Assembly (NCBI RefSeq): GCF_963921235.1
Contig: NC_086097.1
Location: 119,600,001 to 119,664,000, forward strand
Direction: 5' to 3'
Source: Mobula hypostoma
Lineage: Eukaryota
DNA: 64,000 nt
The position numbers and the translations under genes were made by a program. The notes below the pieces were generated by a model. It had not been told where the DNA came from. It searched no databases and saw only the letters and a list, made by a program, of their open reading frames with translations. Every line of letters starts with the position of its first letter. The first letter of the stretch is position 1. Below are positions 48,020 to 59,418 of this stretch, piece by piece.

Positions 48020-50565
48020 GATGTGGCATTCTGAGGGGGGGTTACTCTGGGAGTTGAGGCTTCAATGTGAAGAGATAGAGTAAAAATAGCTCAGATATGA
48101 GGACTAAGAGCAACTTTGAAGAAAGCTTCAGTGCAAAGGCACTAGAAAGATAAGATGATTTTTATTGTGTTATTCATCTTTAGTCCTTGATTCAGTGTAG
48201 GGAGGTTGGTAGATAGGGCAGTGGAACACTCCTCCTGTGTGAAGTAGGAAATCAGGGAACATCATTGTCTCCCAATGACTTCATCTGAAGAAAGTGTGCC
48301 CAGCTACAGCTTATGACTGACTGGTACTGGAGTTGGATGTTCTCTGGACCACCTGGGAGAATCACAACCTCATAGCTGAGACTTTTACTAAGGTGGCCAC
48401 ACCCTAGGTGCAGGCTTCAGGGGAAGCAATGAGAATAGGCAATGACAGTCAGTATAGAGTTCCCCTGTGGTCATTTCCCTCACTGAAAGATATATCTCCT
48501 TGAATACTGTTGACAGGATGTTCTTCCAAGGCTAGCAGCAGCAGTCAGGTCTCTGACAGAGAGAACCCATTAGAGTGAGACTCTCTCTGAGGGATTCCCT
48601 CTGAGGGTGCAGTGAAGAAAACGTGATAGGTGGCTCGAACATGAGGGGAACAATCAAGAGATTCAGAAAGGACACCCAGGTGGTGTGATGTATCCTTGGT
48701 GTCAGGGTCAATAACGTCTGAATCTCTGCAGTAAATTCATGAAGGCGAGGGTGAACAGCCAGAGGTCATAGTATATCTCGGTATGAATCACATGGGCAGA
48801 ACAAAAGATAAATTCTGCGAAATGAGGGAAAGGAGGTAGGTAACAAATTAATGAGAACCTCAATGGTAGTGCTCTCTGAATTTCTCCAACACCACATGAT
48901 AATGAGTCTAGAAATAGAAAAATAGGCTAGATAAAGTACGTTACTGAAGAGCTGATGCAGGGGACGGGGATTCACACCCTTGGATCTTCTGTGGTAGAGG
49001 TTCCTTGTACAAGAGGGACAGGTTGCACTTGACCAGAGATGGATCAAAATTGTAATGGGCATATTTACTTTTACCACCTGGGAAGGTTTAAAGTAGATTG
49101 GCAGAGGGGTGGGTCTTAAGCACAAAGTCAGTGAAAAGACGGGGGTATGTGCAGCAACCAGAGAGAGTAAGCCGAACAATCATGGACAGACATGTTTACA
49201 GTAAAAGGGCAGACAGGACCCCTGTTTTAAATTGCACCTATTTCAATACACACAGTGAGGGCATGGACTGCCTTGAGGCATGACGATATTGTTACTGAGA
49301 GAAGGGCAGAACTGACAGCTCGATGTTCTGGGATACCAATGCTTTATTTGCGACCGAGGAACAGGCAAGAGTAGAAAGAGTGTTGCTCTTTTGATAAGGG
49401 AGTACATAACAGCAATGCTTGGAGAGGATATTCTTGAGGGATCATCTAACAAGGCCATCTGTGTAGAACTTGGAAATAAAGTGGTTGTCGCTTTAGGGGG
49501 GCTATGTTATAGATCTCCCAAAAGTCAGTGGGAACTTGAGAAGTTGTTTTGAGATTAATAGGGTAGTGCTGGCAGGAGATATTAATTTTCCCAACATGGA
49601 CTGGACCACTCAGAGTGCAAAAGGCCTAGATGGGGAATGACAGGACACTGAGTCTTGTGGAACAGAGGGGGCTGAGAGTGCAAGTGTAAAGTTCACAAAG
49701 AGACTGCATAGACAGGGTGAAGAAGCATGGTGCTCTTTATTATTCAGGGCACTGAGACCAGGAGAAGGGACATTATGTTGCAGTTAGATAAGTTGTTATT
49801 GAGACGGTACCAGTGGTATTGTATACAGTTTTGTTCACCTTGTTATGGGAAAGTCATTGTCGAGCTGCAGAGGGTGCAGAAGGGATTCGCAAGGATGCTG
49901 CTGGACTAAAGGTCCTGCATTACAAGGAGAGGTTGGTCACACATAATCTTTATTCCCTGGATCACAGAAGAATGAGGGGTTACCTCACAGAAGTTTATAA
50001 AATTTTGAGGATATGGATAAGGTGGACACCCAATTTTAATTTTCCCCCTGGGTTGGGGAATTCAGAGTAAAAGAGGACAGATACAAGGAGAGATTTAAGA
50101 GACCTGAGAAATTACTTTAGACAGGGAGTAGTGAGTACCTAGAATAAGCTGGTTGACAGAGTGGTCAAGACAGGTCTAATTGCAACACTTAAGAGGTGTT
50201 TAGATAAAATCGAGGCGAGAAGACTGCAACTAGTAGAGCACTGTCTACGCCACCCCGAGCTGCCTGCCAGCCTAGTCATCATATCGGAGCCCAAGCATGG
50301 GAAGATGAACCCAGGGCGCCCTCCCACGACTATGGTCAACACGATCCTAGAAGACAGCGGTGTGGCTAATGTAGACGAACTGAACACACTGACAAGGGAG
50401 AGGGAGAAGTGGAGAGTCCATCATCACGCCCGACACCGGCCCCATGGGCCTGAGTCGACGTAGTAATAGTAGTCGACACAGTAGATAGGTAAGTGGAACG
50501 GTTGGGTTGGGAGAGTTATGGGCCAAATGCAGGCAATGGGAAGGATTTTGTGGTTGGCATGGACA
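48020..50565 (+). mobile_element. Ancient CR1 retaining ORF1 and endonuclease remnants, RT core deleted
   Basis: Zinc-finger-like and SGNH-esterase-like remnants at ~48220-48800 (gtgataggtggctcg, VIGDS-like); APE remnants LNCTYFN and GDINFPNMDW; jump at ~49640 to RT C-terminal sequence (YCIQFCSPCY). Confidence 0.65.
50207..50481 (+). mobile_element. RTE-clade LINE 3' end inserted in the CR1
   Basis: KIEARRLQLVEHCLRHPELPASLVIISEPKHG...GRPPTT...REKW; (TAG)n-like tail; TAGATA at 50201-50206 and 50482-50487. Confidence 0.8.
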
Positions 50566-51489
50566 CATACAGATTTATTTATCACATGCACATCAAAACA
50601 TACATCATTTATGGTAATAAAAAGGACACTCAATCTGGTGGAGGCAGCCCACAAGTGTCATCTCACATCCTGGCACAGTTGGGACGAAGGGCCTATGCCT
50701 CTGACTCTACCAGTGGTACTAATGTACATAAACACAACATGTTCTTGCCTTAGTGCTCATTCCATTGGCTGCAGTCAATAGTGCAAGGAATTTCTATTGC
50801 AGCTAGACCAAAATAATTGCTGGCAAACAAAATACAGTCTCTCTCTCTCTCTTCAATATCAAAAGAAGCAATTGTTTATTACAGATACTGAAGATATTCA
50901 ACTGTACAGGAACTACACCTCCAATAGCTACAACGAATGAGAAATCTTGAGCCCAAAGAAAGAACCTCTTCAGCTGAAAGCATGAAATAATATTATCTTC
51001 AAAGTTTGAGGGGATCCAGTGAAGTGCAGATGAGTTACTCTAACTCCCCAATATTACATTTAAACACTTACCAAATGTCCAGTCTTTATTGCTGTGTATA
51101 TAGTATCAGTGAGTCCGAGCATTCCCGTCAATGTGACATCTAAAATCTGGCAGCAGAAGCCTGGCAGCGTAATCTTTTTAAAATCATCTGCTATGGAATA
51201 AAAATGAACAGGGAACTTTACTGTACTGCATGTTCATTTAATGGTCACACACTGATCACTCTGGCTTTAAGTTATTCCAAGTCTGTAGAAAGATGGTGTG
51301 CATTACATTCTAATTCATACAACCTAATGCTGAAAGAAATCATTTTGCTGTTTTTTTGCTTCTGTGAAGGAAGATACCACAACCCTTTATACTGTTCTGT
51401 GACACATTATAAAACTTCAACAGTTACACTGCTACACAATAAATGCATAGCAACAATACTCAGGATCAGAACCCCTCACTGTCAAACAG

Positions 51490-52450
51490 GGCTGTATCAT
51501 TGCACCCACCCTATTTGCCATTGTTATTGCTGCTATCCTTCACCTCATTGGTCAAGGGAATCCTGCTTCAGGAATCCCAAAAAGGTTTCAGTCTCAACCA
51601 GTTCAAGAACAAGGTCAGCACCACCAATATCGTGGAGCTTTAGTATGTAGATGACAATGCCACCTCAGCACACTCTGAAAAAGGACTCCAATGCATCCTG
51701 AATGCTTTTGCCAAGGTAGATAGAGCTCCTGGTCTTGTTTGGAATATAAAAAAAAAGACTCAATTCCTATATCAGCTTAATCAGCTATCTGTCCAGCCCT
51801 CCATAAATGCTGATGATATCGCCCTTGTAAATATAGACGACTTTCTTTACCTCGTAGTGCTATTGGAGCTTATGTAAGATTAAGGAAAAGAGTCTTTGAA
51901 GATCAAACTATGGGTCCAAACAAAACTTTTGGTCTACAGTGTAGTCATTCTTCCTACATTACTGTATGGAGCTGAATCATGGACCACGTACAGATGACAT
52001 CTGAAAGCCCTGGAACAATATAAGCAAAGAGCCTTACAAATGATTTTGAGGATCCGCTGGAAGGGCAGATGCATGAACATCAGCATATACTGGAAGAGGC
52101 CAACATGAATAGCATTCCCCCAAGACAAAGCAACACCAACTCTGATGGATGGTCATGTCATCTGGATGCCTAACTCATGTCTTCCCAAAAAGATACTTTA
52201 CTCCCAGTTGAAGGAAGGTCAATGATCCCCTGATGAGCAAAGGGAATGCTTCAAAGATGTCATCCAGAAGATATTGAACATTACATCTAAAAACTGGAAA
52301 GATATTGCTTTCAATAGATGAATCTCTTGGAAATCTGTTCAAGAGGGAGCTGTGCTACTGGAGAGTAATCTGCACTGTGCTACAGAGAACAAGCAGCAAC
52401 TGTGAAAGGAGGATGAACAACCAAAAGACCCAAACACAAACCACAGCCAG
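51490..52450 (+). mobile_element. Degenerate RTE (BovB-like) RT-to-3' fragment
   Basis: Decayed YVDD at ~51643; TKLLVYSVVILPTLLYGAESWTTYR at ~51918. Confidence 0.75.
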
Positions 52451-52469
52451 CACTTGATTTATATATATT

Positions 52470-53325
52470 TAAGAAATACAGAGAGGAACACCAAAGGATT
52501 CACAATTGGAGGCCATAATATAAATAACATCAGATATGCTGATGACATCATACTAATAGCTGACTCAGAAACAAAACTTCAAGAATTACTTACTATAGAG
52601 GCAGCAGAAAGTAATCGCAGAGGCCTCTCAATCAACACCAAGAAGACAGAAAGCATGGTCATCTCCAGAAAGACAAACATCCCACAATGTCTGATCAAGA
52701 TCGGAAATACAAACATCAAACAAGTCAACAGATTCAAATATCTTGGCAGCCTAATAACAAGTAATGGCAGGTGTGACACGGATATCAAATACAGAATAGC
52801 AATGGCGGAAGAAGCTTTCCAAAAAAAATGAAGACCATATTAACAGACAGAAAGATGAGCACGCACACTAGAAACAGAATTCTACGGTGCTACATTTATT
52901 CTATCCTGACTTATGGAAGTGAATGTTGGACCATTTCTCCATCAATGGAAAAGCGACTAGAAGCAGCTGAATTATGGTTCTACAGGAGAATGTTAAAAAT
53001 ATCATGGACCACACACACATCAAATGAACAAGTTCTCAGAAGAGCCCAAGCAGTTCAGTCACTCATACCAACAATAAGAGAAAGACAACTCAGATTCCTA
53101 GGACACATCATGCGGAAAGATGAACTAGAAAAGCTCATACTCTCTGGAAGGATTGAGGGGAGTAAACCTAGAGGAAGACCTTGGCTTATGTACATCAAAA
53201 GCATAGCCAGGTGGCTACACATCGAGGAAGTGGAAGTCATCCAAAAAACGAGGGATAGATCTATATGGAAAACCATGGTCACCAAAGTCAGCATCGGATA
53301 TGGTACCTAGACAGACAGACAGACA
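52470..53325 (+). mobile_element. Well-preserved 5'-truncated RTE/RTE-X LINE
   Basis: NNIRYADD, FKYLGS, LTYGSECW and LRFLGHIMR; a single frameshift in the A8 run at 52821-52828; (AGAC)n tail. Confidence 0.92.
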
Positions 53326-53580
53326 CAGGCCCTTCATCCTAACTGAGCCGTGCCGCTCAGCAACCCACCTCTTTAACCCGAGCCTAATCACAGGACAACT
53401 TACAATGATTAATTAACCTACTAACTGGGACATCTTTGGACTGTGCAGATAAACCAGAGCACTCGGTGGAAACCCATGCGCACATAGGAAGGACATGCAA
53501 TCTTTCATACAGAGGACACGGGAACCGAGCTCCGAATCTGTGAGCAATGACAGCATGCAGTAACCACTACACTGCTATGA
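53326..53580 (-). mobile_element. V-domain SINE
   Basis: aaaccagagcactcggtggaaacccatgc is the reverse complement of the V domain. Confidence 0.7.
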
Positions 53581-54035
53581 AGCACTGCAGCAGAATATAT
53601 GCATCCCAGATCGGCCTCTACAAGCACCTGAGGACCCACTAATAGACAACTGCTTAGGAGAACAGCATACTCCACTCAAGTGATCACACTTTTACTGAAA
53701 GCCAATAGGCATTATTTTTGGCATCATAATTCTTGCAGCCAATAAATCAGAGAGCCACTTTAAGAAATAACTTGAGTGCTTGCGCTGCTGGATTTTCTGC
53801 CAGTCTGAGATGGAGAATAAAATAATATTTAGGCACAATCACATTCTTACAGCGACTGTTTCCTCTAGTATCACACAGGGCAGTACAATAAACACAGCAT
53901 GTAAATACAATATTAAAGCTAGAATAACAATGACTGTTTTAGATTCCAAGAGTACTAAATTAAAAATGAATGGCTTTAATAATAAGTGTGAAAAACTCTT
54001 CATTGGAGAATCAAACACATTGTGATTTAGCACAT

Positions 54036-54570
54036 TTCAGATGACGAGTCTTGGCCCAAAACGTCAACCATTTATTCTGCTCTATAGATGCCACCAGACC
54101 TGCTGAGTTCTTCCAGCATTTTATGTGATGCTCTGCATTTCCAGCATTTGAGGAATCTCTTCTGATTGTCATTTTGTCCATGTTGCAAACTCTGTTCCCC
54201 ATTCCTGACTACACCACGCCCCAGGCAACTGTCCGAGGCGGAATCAAGCTGTTGATGATCTTGACTTTGTAATGGCTTCAGACCATATTTACATGCATTC
54301 GCTGAGTCTAATTATTTCTGTTTCTGGAACATTACTCAACTGCTCTCCTACCTCGGCTTGACAGCTTTTGAAACCCTTGCCGTTGCCTTCGTTACCTCAT
54401 ACTGTTCCAACACATTCCAAGCTGATGGTAAACCCACACAAAATGCTGGAGGAACTCAACTGTTCAGGCAGCATCTATGGAGAGGATAAACATTTCACAA
54501 TTCAGGCTGAGACCCTTTCATCAGGACTCAGATGCATATGTCCAGCATCTGCAGAGTTCCTTCTGTTTCT
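54036..54570. mobile_element. PLE terminal units (plus at 54036-54165; short fold-back at 54430-54570)
   Basis: gatgacgagtcttggcccaaaacgtcaac and ggctgagaccctttcatcaggact. Confidence 0.72.
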
Positions 54571-54740
54571 ATCTGTCTTCCCAATATTCTAGTCTCTATC
54601 AACCTGATTGACCAAAAGCTCACTACCCCTCTGTCTATATACTTATACTCAGCCCGGTATTTCCTTATCCAACACTGGTTCCCAATGACTATTTTAACAT
54701 TCTTACCCTTGTTCTCTCTACGTCTTTGTCCTTCCATACA

Positions 54741-55273
54741 CACTCAGTAGCCACTTCATTAGGTGCCTTCTGTACTGAGTACCTTTGTGGTTCTTTTCTG
54801 CTGTAGTCTATTTGCTTCAAAGTCCAATGTATCCTGTATTCAGAGATTTCTTTCTTGCACACCAGTGCTGTATCCTGTAGTTATTTGAGTTATAGTCACC
54901 TTCTTATCAGCTTCAACTAGTCTGGCCATTCTCCTCTGACCTCTCTCATTCATTAGGCATTGTGCCCACAGAACTGTTGCTGACTGGATTTTTTTTGCTT
55001 CTTGCAGCATTGTCTGTAAACTCCAGAGGCAGTTGTGTGTGAAAATCCCAGGAGAACAGCATTTTCTGAGATACTTAGACTCCTCCACCTGGCACTAACA
55101 ATCATTCTATGGCAAATCATATTTTTTCCCCCAAATCTGATGTTTGGTCTGAACAACAACTCAACTTCTTGACCATGTCTGCAGGCTTTTATGCATTGAT
55201 TTGCTACCGCATGATTGGCTCATAGATAATTGCATTAACGAGTAGGTGTACCAAATAAAGTGATTACTGAGTG
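54741..55273 (-). mobile_element. Internally deleted Tc1 element
   Basis: CACTCAGTAGCCACTTCATTAGG ... ccaaataaagtgattactgagtg followed by TA; HTH remnant MIVSARWRSLSISENA. Confidence 0.85.
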
Positions 55274-55468
55274 TATTTTCAGTTGCCTCCAGCCTTGCTG
55301 TCATGCAAACCAGCCTCTGTATCTGGCCAACTGACTATCGTCTAATTGCTGCTTTCCTTATGTTACTTTTGCTGAGGTCTAGAGTTCTTTCGTAAAGCAT
55401 TTCGTCTCTTTACTATTCCTTCCCTATCTTTTTAAGATGATTCTTAAACTACATTGCTTTGATGTAGC

Positions 55469-55682
55469 ATACATCAAAGTTGCTGGTGAACGCAGCAGGC
55501 CAAGCAGCATCTATAGGAAGAGGCGCAGTCGACGTTTCAGGCCGAGACCCTTCGTCAGGACCTGGTCTCGGCCTGAAACATCGACTGCGCCTCTTCCTAT
55601 AGATGCTGCTTGGCCTGCTGCGTTCACCAGCAACTTTGATGTATGTTGCTTGAATTTCCAGCATCTGCAGAATTCCTGTTGT
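55469..55682. mobile_element. Young fold-back PLE 3'-end element with 15-bp TSD
   Basis: 82-bp inverted arms (55468-55549 and 55564-55645, 1 mismatch); TTGCTTTGATGTAGC at 55454-55468 and 55683-55697. Confidence 0.92.
55527..55562 (-). ncRNA. Minimal type I hammerhead ribozyme motif
   Basis: Minus strand GGTC-CTGACGA-AGGGTCTCGGCCT-GAAA-CGTC-GACT. Confidence 0.75.
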
Positions 55683-56257
55683 TTGCTTTGATGTAGCTTT
55701 TTGTTATCTGCCCCAAATGATTCTTGTGCCTCTATGTAAACAGTTGTTTGATGTTGTTTCAATGTGCTATGTTTTCAATGTTAGCACAGGCTACAAGCAC
55801 AGGTTCAAACACAGAGAGCTTACAATTTGGTGTATGTATGAAGGTCCTAAGTGACAGTTAGATGCCTGCCTGGTTAAGAATAAACCTGCTGCCAATACTG
55901 TACACAGGTTGTAATGACACAAAACTGCTAATAATTCAGCACTAATTGGCAGCTTGACAGAAGCCACTTGCTGGCTGGAGTCAGAAATAGATGTGTTACA
56001 TCACGGTACTTCGAATAAAGAATGATAAAAGAAACATCCAATGAGTAAAGGTCATCTGGTTCATTGAGTGTGCTCCTGCCACAGATCATATGTGTACTAA
56101 ACTGGCTGGTACATGTTTAATTCCCTGACAGGGGTCTGGTGAAGGCTCAGAGAAACAACCCCCTAATCGTTTTCTCCTTCCCCCTTCCCCTCTCCCCCTG
56201 TAAGTGTGCATACTCATCCAAAAATATGCATGCACAAACATACCTACCTCCACCCCC

Positions 56258-56400
56258 ACCACACACACACACACACACACAAGTGCACAAATGCACACAC
56301 AGGTGTACAAGCACACATGTAAGCTTGCACAGAACACATACATGCACAAGCTTGCACAAAAATACATGGCTGCAAACACACACAGACAGGCAGAAAGCAC
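56258..56400. repeat. (CA)n microsatellite and degenerate CA-rich tract
   Basis: Directly visible in the sequence. Confidence 0.9.
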
Positions 56401-57275
56401 ATGAGTATGTATACAGAGTCAGTCTCAGTCTCTCACTCACTGTTCATTCTTGGGCCATCCTGCTTCTCCCAGTCTGGGTCTGGCTGCAGTCTGCTTGCTG
56501 GGAGTTCAGTTTGCAGCACATCAGTATGATAGAGAGCAGAATGGAGGCTACCTCAGCCAAGACAAACAACTGCCCTGAATGCATGGCTTCAGTGCTTGCT
56601 GAGGGTCCACTTCCCAAACTAACCAGATGTCAAAATTTAGAGCACGATTAAATAGTTGAGAAAGTCTCTTAAGCATTCAAAATCACCACAATACATATTA
56701 AAATTAAAAAACTATTTTAAAAATACATAAATTATTAGAAGAGCCCAACACATGTGCATACCAGCATTAAAATGATTTAATTAAACCTGAAGTAAAGCTC
56801 AATCTACCATTGTCCCAGCAGCTAACACCTCCCATACTTCTGTATGAAGCTGCTGTATATCATCAGGCCTGACCTGCTGAGTTGGCTTACCCACCTCTCT
56901 ATGGGCTGACAGGACTGTGAAGTATGCACAGGCCCAGCTGGCAGGCAGCCTGGCTAGCAAGCCTGGACAGTACAGCAAGAAGCTTACACTCACAAGAGCA
57001 ACACTGATACATTGGTATCTGACTTATGCCCTAAAGCAAACGCAGAACTCCTGAACCTCAACCATCAGGCACCTGAACTAGCCTGGATAATTCCACTCAG
57101 CTCAATACTGATCTGACTCCACAGCCTATAGATTCACTTTCAAGGACTCTACAACTCACGATCTCAGAATTTGTCAGTCTTTGTTTACGCATTGTCAAAA
57201 ATTGCATTGTATTGTTTTTTTTTCCCTGTAAATGCCAATAAGAAAATGTATCTCAGGGTTGTATATGGTGACATA

Positions 57276-58569
57276 CACACAGTGGCCACTTTATTATGTA
57301 CACCTGTTCACTTCGTTAGTACAAATACCTCGTCAGCCAATCATGTGACAGCAACTGAGTGCATAACAGCATACAGACGTATTCAAGAGGTTCACTTGTT
57401 GTTCAGACTAAACAACACAATGGGGAAGAAATGTGACCTTAGTGACTTTGACCATGGAATGATTGTTGGTGCCAGACAGGGTGGTTTGAGTATCTCAGAA
57501 ACTGCTGATCTCCTGGCATTTTCACACACAACAATCTCTAGAGTTTACAGAAAATGATGTGTAGCCTCCTGGTGAGCCTCAGGGTCGCTCAGCTCACTTT
57601 CATCTAGGGGAAGCAGCCTTCAGCCCCGGCAAACTGGGTAATCAAGTTTGTGTGGATATGTGTGATGTACCCCACCCTGCCAAATAACAGACAGCACCCC
57701 ATATGCGATTAAATGATTACACTTTATAGATCTTACTGGAACTATGTATTTAATAGAGATACAATATAAAAGGAAAATAAAAGGTGCCAGACTTATCAAA
57801 GTTCAACCACTTCATGCACAACCATTGGAGCTCAATTAACAGAGTCTTCTTTCCACCATTCAATCCCCTCTGACCTTCTCGACCCACCGCCTGGGATCAA
57901 CCACAGTGGTTGACCAGAGCACGTCCAGCACATCCTTCCTCTTCAGTTCTCCTCCGGAAAAGCCCTGGGCCTCGGACTCCCTCATGGGTCCAATCCTCAC
58001 CCAGCTTACAGCATCACGTCTCCTCTCTGTCCCCATCGCACCTTCTCCCCAAAGCTCCTGAAAACAATAGCCTACAGACACACATGAAAGAATAACATCT
58101 ATCCCAATTGGTTAGCAAATCAGTACAATTCTCGTTATCAGTAATTATAACCCAAACGTGCTGCTATAGAGAACCACTGTCTCAGCAGTTAACAGTACAG
58201 AGAAGCCATTTTATTATAACATAACAAAGAAGTCATTTTATTAGCCTTAGCAGTAACATAAAAGACAAAACCCCTTACAGATATGAAAATGAATAAGTAT
58301 CCAGAGAGTGGCAGTTCTTTGGATTAAAAATGCCCTGTTAATGAGAGAGGTTAGAGGAGAATGGCCAGACTGGTTCAAGCTGACAGGAAGGCAATAGTAA
58401 CTTAAGTAAACATGCTTTACAACAGTGTGTGTAGAAGAGCATCTCTGAATGTGCAGCATGTCAAACCTCGAAGTGGATGAGCCATAGAAGCTGAAGACCA
58501 TGAACATACTGCACACTCAGTGGCCATTTTATAAGGTACAGGAGGTACTTAATAAAGCGGCCACTGGGA
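57276..58569 (+). mobile_element. Internally deleted Tc1 element, split by a solo LTR and sitting in a Rex-type tail
   Basis: TA followed by TIR CACACAGTGGCCACTTTATTATGTACACC; HTH remnant MGKKCDLSDFDHGMIVGARQGGLSISETADLLAFSHTTISRVYRK. Confidence 0.88.
57560..58279 (-). mobile_element. Solo LTR
   Basis: TGTA...TACA termini; flanks GATG/GATA (4-bp TSD, 1 mismatch); cleanly interrupts the Tc1 sequence. Confidence 0.8.
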
Positions 58570-59019
58570 GTTTTGTGTTCTATGATCATAAATTTACTTT
58601 TCCTTTGACGTGTTATTTCAGACTCTATCATTCCTCACAACAACCAGTTCCAATGTTAATTAATGCTTATATATTTCCTGCTTGAAATTGCTGATCATCA
58701 TCAGCTCCTGACACTTTGGATCATCCTTTGCTCTGAACTGGAACTTTGGCCATCACCATTGTTGACAGGGGTTTCAACCATGTCTGTCCCATTTGCTGCA
58801 TTTCTGTCTTCCTCCTTGCCCACACCTTTACTGATGGAGGGTAGTGTTGTACAGGAGAGGTAAGTAGGTAGAAGATCTTTGTCTTAAGGATGTTCAGTGT
58901 AAGACACATCCTCTCATACACACTTGTCAAAGTGTCAACAATAGCAAGGCACTCAACCCCTGAGCACTGACAAAATTTACAATGCAAACCAGCCGCCCCC
59001 TCCACTGATTCCATTCACA

Positions 59020-59418
59020 CTTCCTGCTGCCTTGGGAAATCGGGCAAGGTAATCAAGCATTCCTCCCATCCCTAGCAATTCTTACTTCTCTCCAGTTTCA
59101 TTGGGCAGAAGGTACAAAAGCCAGAGAACACAGACTACCTGTGCCAAAATCATTTTCTATCCTGTTGATTTCAGCCTTGAAATGAGGTCTCATACCTGAA
59201 TAGATGACTCTTGATCTCCCAGTCTACTTCATCATGGACCTTGTATTGTATTTGTCTACCTGCACTGCACTTTTTCTGCAACTGTTTCAGTTTTTTCCTT
59301 CTTTTCTCAACCTAGATGTTCTCATGTATGGAGTGATCTGTCTGGACGGCACGCAAACAAAAAACTTTTCACTACATCTCGGTTCACGTGACAATAATAA
59401 ACCTATACCAATACCAAA
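59020..59418 (+). mobile_element. Rex1/Babar-type 3' end
   Basis: ggcagaaggtacaaaagcc motif; ends aataaacc plus (ataccа-like) ataccaatacca tail. Confidence 0.55.

Noticed and set aside
55454..55697. CRISPR array or intrinsic terminator interpretation of the repeats and hairpins
   Set aside because: Eukaryotic context, no regular repeat-spacer periodicity and no cas genes; the structure is explained by PLE fold-backs.
56086..56651. 170-aa His/Thr-rich ORF and overlapping ORFs
   Set aside because: They are translations of a (CA)n microsatellite.
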